Assembly (NCBI GenBank): GCA_025963485.1
Contig: JAOQAO010000074.1
Coordinates: 7,222-71,221 of the forward strand
DNA: 64,000 nucleotides
Source of the DNA: Bacteroidota bacterium
GTDB lineage: Bacteria; Bacteroidota; Bacteroidia; Chitinophagales; LD1
Direction: 5' to 3'
The notes beneath the pieces are model-generated. The model saw only the letters and a program-made list of their open reading frames with translations, searched no databases and was not told the DNA's origin. A program made the translations under genes and the position numbers. Shown in pieces: positions 57,297 to 64,000 of this stretch (the first letter of the stretch is position 1; each line of letters opens with the position of its first letter).

Positions 57297-57327
57297 ACCA
57301 CATAGAAACATAGAACACATAGAAATA
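57297..57327. repeat. Short tandem CATAGAA tract
   Basis: ACCACATAGAAACATAGAACACATAGAAATA has three CATAGAA copies spaced 8-9 nt apart, in the KS-halogenase intergenic gap. Confidence 0.5.
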
Positions 57328-57359
57328 CATTCTTGTTTATATATCTGACAACTTGCTTT

Positions 57360-58478
57360 TTATACCGTCGAATATAATAAAGCTACGTTACATCCCCCAA
57401 AGCCTGAGGCGGTTTTTAACGCCACTTTTTTATCCGAACCCGCCACGGCCGTAGTAATATTCAGATATGAAGGTACTCCCAACTGTTCAAAATTCCGGCT
57501 TGCCAGAATAGCTTTATTTCTCAAAGAATATATACTCATAATGGTCTCGATCACACCCGCCGCCCCGAGTGTATGCCCGAAATACCCTTTCAGACTATGC
57601 AGTGGTACATCTCTTAAACCGGCAGCGTCAAACGCTTTGGACTCCATCTCATCATTATAGAGAGTGGCTGTGCCATGAGCTGAAACAAATGACAGATCGC
57701 TGTTTTTCACTCCACTTCTATTCATAGCTTTTGTCACGGCATCGGAAAGTTCTTGGCCGGTACGCGATGGGCCGGATATATGATTAGCATCATTCGTGAG
57801 CCCTTCGCCCATCACGAGGATGCTGGTGTTATCTGTCAAAGCTTTGTCAGTTGTCATCACCACTGTCGCAGTCCCTTCGCCCAGATTGATCCCTTTGCGG
57901 TCTTTGTCAAAAGGCCTGCACGGTTCATCGCTGATAGCCATGAGGCTTTGGAATCCAGATACGACGAACTTTGACAACACATCAGCACCTGTCACTACCG
58001 CATGCTTGTATTTGCCGGAGGCAAGAAGGCGCTTGGCTGTGATGATAGCCAATACTCCCGAGATACAGGCATTGGACACGACGACAGGTTTATTCACTGC
58101 GTGAAAGTAGCTGCCTATGCTCTCAGCAGTTTTCGATAGTGAGATATCATTATCTCCACCTGTGATCAATTCGATATTACCCTTGGTAGTAGATAGAATA
58201 AAGATGGTATCTCTATCCGATAGTTTCACGCTTGTCTGTGCCAAGGCTTCCTTAGCAGAAAGTATACACAGCATTTCAAATCGTGTAAAGGGACCATCTA
58301 AAACAGGTAGTTTGTCATCGTTGATCTTCGAAGCATAAAAGGGTATCGGAGAAAGTGAAAGATCATTGACCTGAGAGATACCCGTCTCACCATTCACAAT
58401 GCGCTCATAATTCTCCTGCGAGGTATTGCCCAGCGGAGAGATGACATTGTCCGATATGATATAAACGGGAGTTGGCAT
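57360..58478 (-). CDS. Beta-ketoacyl synthase (short KAS-like, secondary-metabolite type)
   Basis: 372 aa with the active-site Cys in SNACISG and His residues in SAHGTATLYND and GHTLGAAG. Confidence 0.85.
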   Translation of the reverse strand: MPTPVYIISDNVISPLGNTSQENYERIVNGETGISQVNDLSLSPIPFYASKINDDKLPVLDGPFTRFEMLCILSAKEALAQTSVKLSDRDTIFILSTTKGNIELITGGDNDISLSKTAESIGSYFHAVNKPVVVSNACISGVLAIITAKRLLASGKYKHAVVTGADVLSKFVVSGFQSLMAISDEPCRPFDKDRKGINLGEGTATVVMTTDKALTDNTSILVMGEGLTNDANHISGPSRTGQELSDAVTKAMNRSGVKNSDLSFVSAHGTATLYNDEMESKAFDAAGLRDVPLHSLKGYFGHTLGAAGVIETIMSIYSLRNKAILASRNFEQLGVPSYLNITTAVAGSDKKVALKTASGFGGCNVALLYSTV

Positions 58479-58484
58479 TTGACC

Positions 58485-58913
58485 TTATTTCAAACCTACT
58501 TCTTGCATCCAGTCCGTAATAAAGTCGGGCACCGTAAGGGACAGTTCCATAGAGCCATTGGTCACAAAGACCTGTGTCGTGGAACCAGTACAGATCACAT
58601 CACCTGCCTCATTCTTGATCTTATAGTGAAAGATGATCTTCGCTGCTTCGGTACGGATAAAATGGACTTCCACAATAGCTGTGTCTTTATAGCGCAACGG
58701 CTTCTTGAAGGTTGTCTCCGCATGTATCACGGGCGTAGAGTAGCCTTTATTATAGAAGTCATAGTAGTCGAAATTGTACTTCTCACCAAATGCCTCACGG
58801 CCCTCCTCAAAGTATTTGAGATAGTTGCCGTGCCATACAATACCTAGTGGATCACATTCATTAAACCGCACCTTTATCTTAGCCGAAGCTTTCAATTCTT
58901 TACTCTTAGTCAT
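58485..58913 (-). CDS. 4HBT/YbgC-type acyl thioesterase
   Basis: Hot-dog fold N-terminus VRFNECDPLGIVWHGNYLKYFEEGRE. Start chosen at MTKSKEL (58913). Confidence 0.8.
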   Translation of the reverse strand: MTKSKELKASAKIKVRFNECDPLGIVWHGNYLKYFEEGREAFGEKYNFDYYDFYNKGYSTPVIHAETTFKKPLRYKDTAIVEVHFIRTEAAKIIFHYKIKNEAGDVICTGSTTQVFVTNGSMELSLTVPDFITDWMQEVGLK

Positions 58914-58919
58914 ACACAC

Positions 58920-58997
58920 AACCTCACCCATCTGCCTTCGGCATCTTCCCTCTCCTCCGCAGGATGCTGCGCACAAGGAGAGGAAAGAACCTGCTGA
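58920..58997. repeat. Hairpin repeat element, copy 1
   Basis: AACCTCACCCATCTGCCTTCGGCATCTTCCCTCTC (35 nt, identical to copy 2), then a variable loop, then GGAGAGGAAAGAACCTGCTGA. Confidence 0.85.
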
Positions 58998-59065
58998 CTA
59001 CAGGGTTATATTTTATGGTTTTTCAATACTTACTCTATATCTAATTAGCTTCAATTATCGCACCA

Positions 59066-59148
59066 AACCTCACCCATCTGCCTTCGGCATCTTCCCTCTC
59101 TCATCGGCTGAGCCGAGACACGGCCAGGGAGAGGGAAGAACCGGCTGA
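59066..59148. repeat. Hairpin repeat element, copy 2
   Basis: The same 35-nt head, a different loop, then GGAGAGGGAAGAACCGGCTGA. Confidence 0.85.
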
Positions 59149-59204
59149 GCAAAGACAAGATTATCAGCCGCTTGACTTCGGTGAGCCGGAGTACAATTTA
59201 TACT

Positions 59205-60077
59205 TTATTTCGCCCAAAAGTCGTAATAATTAAACCATTGAGAAGGACATTTTTGCACCATGCTTTCCAGGTCCTGCACATAGTCCCGCATCATCGCTTC
59301 TACATTTACAAAGTCGACAACTTCCTTTGGATGCCGTGCGTAGAACTCATAGTGCATCGCTCCTGTCTTCACCCCATATACATACGTATAAGGAGCTTTC
59401 AGGGCTTTGACGAGTTGGAAAGGGCCTGTAGGAAATAGCGCCTTGGCCCCCATGAAGTCCATTGAGGCGGTCCTGTTACCTTCCACGAACCTGTCCGCAT
59501 GCATACAGATCGTCTCGCCGCGCATGAGGGCCTCGCTCATCAGATAGACATGCGAGAGGTCGGTCTTGATGGGGATGACGTTGAACTTCTTCCCTCCTGT
59601 CACGCGCTCCATCAGGCTCTTGATATGCTCGTGCTCGCCATCGTACATGAGAATATTGACCACAGTGTCGTAGCGGGCTATGAAGTGACCGGCTATCTCC
59701 CAGTTGCCCAAATGGGCACCGAGCATGATAGCACCCCGCTTTTGGGCGGCCATGCGCTCTATGTTCTCAGCGCCGTTTGACTGGTGTGTGAATTTGCCTG
59801 CAAGGCCCGACAGAATCGCCACCTTGTCTATCAGCGACTGGCCGAGCATGAAGTAGTTCCAGTAGACCATGCCGACTGACTTCAGAACGCCGAAGTGGCA
59901 GCGCCGGCGAAAGAACCGGTATATATGCCCCGTAGATGTCCATGAGAAAAGGAAGTAGTACAGCACTACCAGCGACAGCACGGCATAGGCCGGGTAAAGT
60001 CCCAGATAGCGCAGTATGGCGACAAAGATGCGGTAGCCGAGTGGCGTACCCTTAGATTTGCCCTCCCATTGAGCCAT
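59205..60077 (-). CDS. LpxL/HtrB-family lysophospholipid (lipid A-type) acyltransferase
   Basis: 290 aa with an N-terminal TM helix and the family-typical GAHLGNWE motif. ATGA-type overlap with the ACP stop. Confidence 0.8.
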   Translation of the reverse strand: MAQWEGKSKGTPLGYRIFVAILRYLGLYPAYAVLSLVVLYYFLFSWTSTGHIYRFFRRRCHFGVLKSVGMVYWNYFMLGQSLIDKVAILSGLAGKFTHQSNGAENIERMAAQKRGAIMLGAHLGNWEIAGHFIARYDTVVNILMYDGEHEHIKSLMERVTGGKKFNVIPIKTDLSHVYLMSEALMRGETICMHADRFVEGNRTASMDFMGAKALFPTGPFQLVKALKAPYTYVYGVKTGAMHYEFYARHPKEVVDFVNVEAMMRDYVQDLESMVQKCPSQWFNYYDFWAK

Positions 60078-60331
60078 TAGACGGTGTGGTGCTGGGTCTT
60101 GCCTATCACATAGGCGTAGAGATCGGCGAAGGTGCGGATGGACGTAAAGTCCTCCTGCTTCACCTTGATATTGAAATTGCTCTCGAGCAGTACTACGAGG
60201 TCTACATAGTCCAGGCTGTCGAGCTCCAGTGTCTCCTTGAGCGGGGCGTCGGGCTGCAGCTTCTCTACTCCTACTTCAAACTCCTCGGATAGGAATTCAT
60301 TGATCCGACTTATTACTTCTTCGTTTGTCAT
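60077..60331 (-). CDS. Acyl carrier protein
   Basis: 84 aa with the phosphopantetheine site LELDSLDYVDLV (DSL). Confidence 0.85.
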   Translation of the reverse strand: MTNEEVISRINEFLSEEFEVGVEKLQPDAPLKETLELDSLDYVDLVVLLESNFNIKVKQEDFTSIRTFADLYAYVIGKTQHHTV

Positions 60332-60347
60332 TGTATCTTAAGGGTGT

Positions 60348-61574
60348 TTACGGCTTCCACTTGCGCACGATGAGGGTGGAGTTAGTCCCCCCAAAGCCGA
60401 AAGAGTTAGACAAAAATACATCAATATTCCTTTCTTTGGTAGTAGTGGCGATATTTAGCTTGGCCGAGAACTCATCCGGCTTCTCAAAGTTGATGTTAGG
60501 CGCCACAAAGCCGTGCTGCATCATCAGCATCGAGTATACCACCTCACTTGCTCCCGCCATCCAGCACTCATGGCCCGTCATGGATTTGGTGCTCGACACC
60601 ATAGGCTTGTAGGCACCGAAGACCGCATTGATCGCCTGCGCCTCACTCGCATCGCCCAGTGGCGTGGAGGTGGCGTGGGCATTGATATAGTCGATATGGT
60701 CGGCCTTCATGCTGGCCTCGGAGAGCGACATCATAAGCGAACGCACAGGTCCGTCTACAGTTGGGTTGGAGATATGGCCGCCATTGCTGGAGAAGCCATA
60801 GCCAACGATCTCGCCGAGGATCTTAGCGCCTCGCTTCTGCGCGGACTCCAGCGACTCGATGATCACGGTGGCCGCGCCGCCGCTCGGTATCAGCCCGTCC
60901 CGGTCCCGGTCAAAGGGCCTCGACGCCATGGTCGGGTTCGCTTCATTCACAGAGAAAGCCCCCAGCGCGTCAAAGGTCCCCATCGTCAGGATGTCCGTCT
61001 CCTGCGCGCCGCCGCATATCACGCGGTCCTGGTAGCCGTGCTTGATCAGCATGTGGCCCATGCCTATGGAGTGGCTGCCGCTGGCGCAGGCTGCGCTGAT
61101 GGTATAGTTGATACCCTTGAGCTTGAAGATAGTGGCGAGGTTCATGTTCACGGTCGAGTTGAGCGTCTGGAAGACGGCGCCTGAGCCGGCGAACTGCGTG
61201 TTCTTCTTCTCCCGGATGATATCGTTGGACTCGGTGGTGGCCTTGGCGGTGGAGTCATTGCCAAAGATGATGCCCGTCTCGTGGTGGTCGAGGTACTCCT
61301 GGTCGATGCCCGCCATGCGCAGGGCCTCGAGGGTAGACATATAGGCGTACTCTCCCTGCTCCCCTATCATGAGGCGCGAGCGGCGGTCCAGCAGCGCCTT
61401 CAGCTCCGGCTTGGGCACCACGCCCGTCAGCGCCGACCTGTAGCCGAACTCCTTCCGCTCCGGTATGAACTGGATACCCGACCGCCCCGCATGGAGCGAA
61501 TCCCGCACTGCGTCCACATTCTGCCCTATGCAGGACCAGATGCCATAACCTGTGATAACTACCCTATTCATCAT
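60348..61574 (-). CDS. Beta-ketoacyl-ACP synthase (FabB/FabF-like)
   Basis: Start at MMNRVVITGYG, Cys in SAACASGSHS, and His residues in NAHATSTPLGD and GHECWMAGA. Confidence 0.9.
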   Translation of the reverse strand: MMNRVVITGYGIWSCIGQNVDAVRDSLHAGRSGIQFIPERKEFGYRSALTGVVPKPELKALLDRRSRLMIGEQGEYAYMSTLEALRMAGIDQEYLDHHETGIIFGNDSTAKATTESNDIIREKKNTQFAGSGAVFQTLNSTVNMNLATIFKLKGINYTISAACASGSHSIGMGHMLIKHGYQDRVICGGAQETDILTMGTFDALGAFSVNEANPTMASRPFDRDRDGLIPSGGAATVIIESLESAQKRGAKILGEIVGYGFSSNGGHISNPTVDGPVRSLMMSLSEASMKADHIDYINAHATSTPLGDASEAQAINAVFGAYKPMVSSTKSMTGHECWMAGASEVVYSMLMMQHGFVAPNINFEKPDEFSAKLNIATTTKERNIDVFLSNSFGFGGTNSTLIVRKWKP

Positions 61575-61603
61575 AAATGAGCCGACGAAAATAGCATATT
61601 TCC

Positions 61604-61627
61604 CCCTGTGGCACAATACCCTGTGGC
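61604..61627. promoter_or_regulatory. Direct repeat CCCTGTGGC-N6-CCCTGTGGC upstream of the KS operon
   Basis: There are two exact 9-mers with a 15-bp period, 30-53 nt upstream of the KS ATG. Confidence 0.4.
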
Positions 61628-61843
61628 CTTGTCCTTTATGATTGTGCTTGCTTTACCGAGGCATGGTATGGCCGAGGTTGTTTGTTAAATGAAAAACTAT
61701 CAAATTTACACAGTAAACTAATCAACAAATATATACATAAATAATAAAATATAAATTATTGTAATATGGAGAACACTCTTTTCTCATGTCTCTGTGGCTG
61801 AGGGAACGCCAACCAAGGAAAAGAAAGCATTGATAATAGCCAA

Positions 61844-62686
61844 CTATAGAAAGGGATCTTTTCCCTTAAACTCTTTCATAATGCCGTAACTGTTGAGCTG
61901 CGTCTTATTGATAGTATTAGAATGAAGAAGAAAATTTGTATACCACATTATAAGGTCATTAATTAGCTTTTTCGATTTATCACTATTTGCAGTGATTTTT
62001 AGCATAAGATCATGATGAGAACTCTGTGCATTAACAGGAAAAGCGAGAAAAGCCACCTTATCATCAACGATCATAAAATTAAAATAGACCTGATTTTTGA
62101 CTTCGTAATAGTATGAATTATTGGCAATTTTAATTCTATCCTTTTCAGACAGTAGGCAAGAGTTAAAGGCCTCTTTCCTGTTGATCATCGGATGATCTTC
62201 ATTGATAAAACAGTAATACTTAATGTCTTTCCTCTTTAGCAGTTTGAATAGCTGCTTATAATATGATACTACTGTATCATCAGATTTTTCTTTTTCCTCT
62301 TGTCTTATTTTATTTATTGAAACATTTTCATCTTTGTCACCCGCCGGACCTAAATAGGATTCCTTAAAACTTGTTACCCTTAGATAGTATTTCATTTCCT
62401 TTAAGGCCTTCTTGACTTCGTAACGAATATCGTCCTTTCTTATAATTTCAAAATCCGTCACACCGACTCGCTCAAATAGCTCCTCACTTTTATAATTCAA
62501 TGACCATATGCCGGACAAAATAAGCCCGAATAGCGTCGATAAAAAGGGATCCACGCCTAAGGAAAAAGTGGGAAAAAAGTATCTTATAACCGGAGTTAGT
62601 ATTCCGTAGAGAGCGGCCAACATACCAATACCAATAGGCAACCATTTAGGTATTCGATTTATAATATCATAAATAGATTTATGCAT
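61844..62686 (-). CDS. Hypothetical protein with two N-terminal TM helices and an unknown soluble domain (A+T-rich island)
   Basis: 280-aa ORF with TM helices WLPIGIGMLAALYGILTPVI and FLSTLFGLILSGIWSL. The C-domain has no motif I recognise. The ATG lies 3 nt after the upstream stop. Confidence 0.55.
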   Translation of the reverse strand: MHKSIYDIINRIPKWLPIGIGMLAALYGILTPVIRYFFPTFSLGVDPFLSTLFGLILSGIWSLNYKSEELFERVGVTDFEIIRKDDIRYEVKKALKEMKYYLRVTSFKESYLGPAGDKDENVSINKIRQEEKEKSDDTVVSYYKQLFKLLKRKDIKYYCFINEDHPMINRKEAFNSCLLSEKDRIKIANNSYYYEVKNQVYFNFMIVDDKVAFLAFPVNAQSSHHDLMLKITANSDKSKKLINDLIMWYTNFLLHSNTINKTQLNSYGIMKEFKGKDPFL

Positions 62687-62689
62687 TTA

Positions 62690-64000
62690 TTATTTATTAG
62701 AGATGTTTTCAACTGTAGAAGACTCTATCCATTTATACATAGATCCCATATCCTCCCATAGGCCATGAATGTCATCTAGATTGCGTCCGGTTAGAATTAG
62801 CCGAGCATTCTTTAAAACAGATAAGTCTTTAAAATAGGGATAATGATAAAGGGCTTTCGCAAAATATGCTATTATACTTTCTTTGTTTTTGGCCTTATCC
62901 TCCCTATATAGAGAAAAACCTTGCCCAAGAGCACATTCCGCCAGATTTTTATTATATTTTTTCTTCCCTCTGTATTTAAGGGAATTAATCATCACATCCA
63001 GAATGCTTTTGTTATACCTAGAAAGATATAGCTCAAAAGCCTCGTTATTTTCATTTCTGAGAAGATGAATCACTGCCCTGAGTTTTATTATATCTTCTTC
63101 TTTGGGATATTGCATTGCATTCTCTGCGCATTTCATTGCCTCATCATATTTCCCTTGTTGAAAATAAGAAACCGCTAACTGCCGGTGGGCGTTGGCATTT
63201 TCTGGATTTAAACTGAGAGCCATCGTTGCGGCCTCTTCCGCCTTTTTAGGATTTTTCAGGTTATTGTGGCACACAGCTACATGGGCATAAGTTCTTGAGA
63301 TTAGATCCCTACTGATACTCCTCTCTCTCAGTATAGTCTCACATAGTTCCAATGCCTTTCCCGGGTACCCCAGAAAGTAGTAAGTCCCCGCAAGATTGTC
63401 TATCGCATCAAAGTAAAAATATCCGGCAGGTTGCTTCTTTGCTTTAATGCATGCAGTTTCAAATTCTATTAATGCTTTCCCCAACTCATCATTGCGATAA
63501 AATTCTAAGCCTCGGATATTGTGATATTGTGGAGGTAGATCATGGCCAAGTGCATCAAGAATATTAATTTGATGAAAGGCTTTTGATAAAATATACCCGT
63601 CATCGGGGTTCATACTTTCCTCTATAAATTCTGTAGACAACTTTGACAACCCATTCAAACTACCTGCAAGGTGATCTTTTATTTGCCTTTCCAGCATCTC
63701 ATGCAGTATTTTGATCGTATTGCTCGCATCATGCGTCACGCTGACAATCTGTGCATTCAGTTCCAATACATGATCCAAAGAATTGTCCAAATCCGTCCTT
63801 AAGGCTATTTGTTTCTCTTCCAGGCTCTTCAGCAAAGCATTCTGTTGGGCTTCAAGCTGTGAGCTTTTCGCCATTAGTTCTTTTTGCCTTTTTGGTATCC
63901 CCCATATACTATAGTATGCCAATACCAATGCAACAATCGTGAGGATAATCCCCACAACATTGAAAGTATTGGTCAGAAGATTAACCGATTTTTCTATATC
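62690..64000 (-). CDS. Hypothetical TM / coiled-coil / TPR-repeat protein (5' end possibly outside the window)
   Basis: The ORF track starts at GTG 63955, but the frame has no stop up to base 64000 (DIEKSVNLLTNTFNV-VGIILTIVALVLAYYSIW). A coiled-coil-like region (QLEAQQNALLKSLEEKQIALRTDL) is followed by TPR-like repeats (NANAHRQLAVSYFQQGKYDEAMKCAENAMQY). Confidence 0.55.
   Translation of the reverse strand, partial: DIEKSVNLLTNTFNVVGIILTIVALVLAYYSIWGIPKRQKELMAKSSQLEAQQNALLKSLEEKQIALRTDLDNSLDHVLELNAQIVSVTHDASNTIKILHEMLERQIKDHLAGSLNGLSKLSTEFIEESMNPDDGYILSKAFHQINILDALGHDLPPQYHNIRGLEFYRNDELGKALIEFETACIKAKKQPAGYFYFDAIDNLAGTYYFLGYPGKALELCETILRERSISRDLISRTYAHVAVCHNNLKNPKKAEEAATMALSLNPENANAHRQLAVSYFQQGKYDEAMKCAENAMQYPKEEDIIKLRAVIHLLRNENNEAFELYLSRYNKSILDVMINSLKYRGKKKYNKNLAECALGQGFSLYREDKAKNKESIIAYFAKALYHYPYFKDLSVLKNARLILTGRNLDDIHGLWEDMGSMYKWIESSTVENISNK

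Noticed and set aside
1-64000. CRISPR arrays, tRNA/rRNA genes, transposases, integrases, toxin-antitoxin pairs
   Set aside because: Reading by eye, I found no regularly spaced repeat array, no tRNA T-arm/acceptor pattern and no recombinase or transposase motifs. An automated scan (tRNAscan-SE, Infernal, ISEScan) would be needed to be definitive.

Overview
This 64-kb chromosomal segment looks like Bacteroidota, probably Chitinophagaceae/Sphingobacteriia-like. Supporting signs are a fused lpxC/fabZ next to lpxA, two proteins with T9SS C-terminal sorting domains, TAnnTTTG-type -7 promoter boxes, a LytTR two-component system and many lipoprotein signals. I call about 64 densely packed protein-coding genes. 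Housekeeping genes (tilS, etfBA, msrB, yidC, lpxC/fabZ-lpxA, mutS, mgtE, hmgA) are interleaved with accessory modules. By eye I found no rRNA, tRNA, CRISPR array, integrase or transposase. Six items deserve a second look. (1) An abrupt A+T-rich island at 61.7-64 kb carries a translationally coupled orphan pair (a TM/coiled-coil/TPR protein plus a 2-TM protein) and runs off the window. (2) A flexirubin/aryl-polyene-like block (KS-ACP-LpxL-type acyltransferase | thioesterase-KS-flavin halogenase) lacks the usual KR/DH/export genes, is interrupted by a duplicated hairpin repeat, and abuts the island. (3) There are two separate modules pairing a polyprenol-phosphate GT2 with a GT-C membrane glycosyltransferase, one of them with tandem TMTC/PMT-like GT-C-TPR paralogs. 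(4) A seven-gene same-strand block links a TolC-HlyD-MacB-type pump to a LytTR two-component system and a rhodanese-thioredoxin lipoprotein. (5) Several families of short intergenic elements recur: low-complexity tracts with a GAATACAA box, CCGAAATCC heptad tracts, small GYTCC/GGARC hairpin units and long perfect palindromes. (6) A 2OG-oxygenase gene has a conserved N-terminus but no canonical start codon. Every function is inferred from motifs I could read in the translations. No database search was run.
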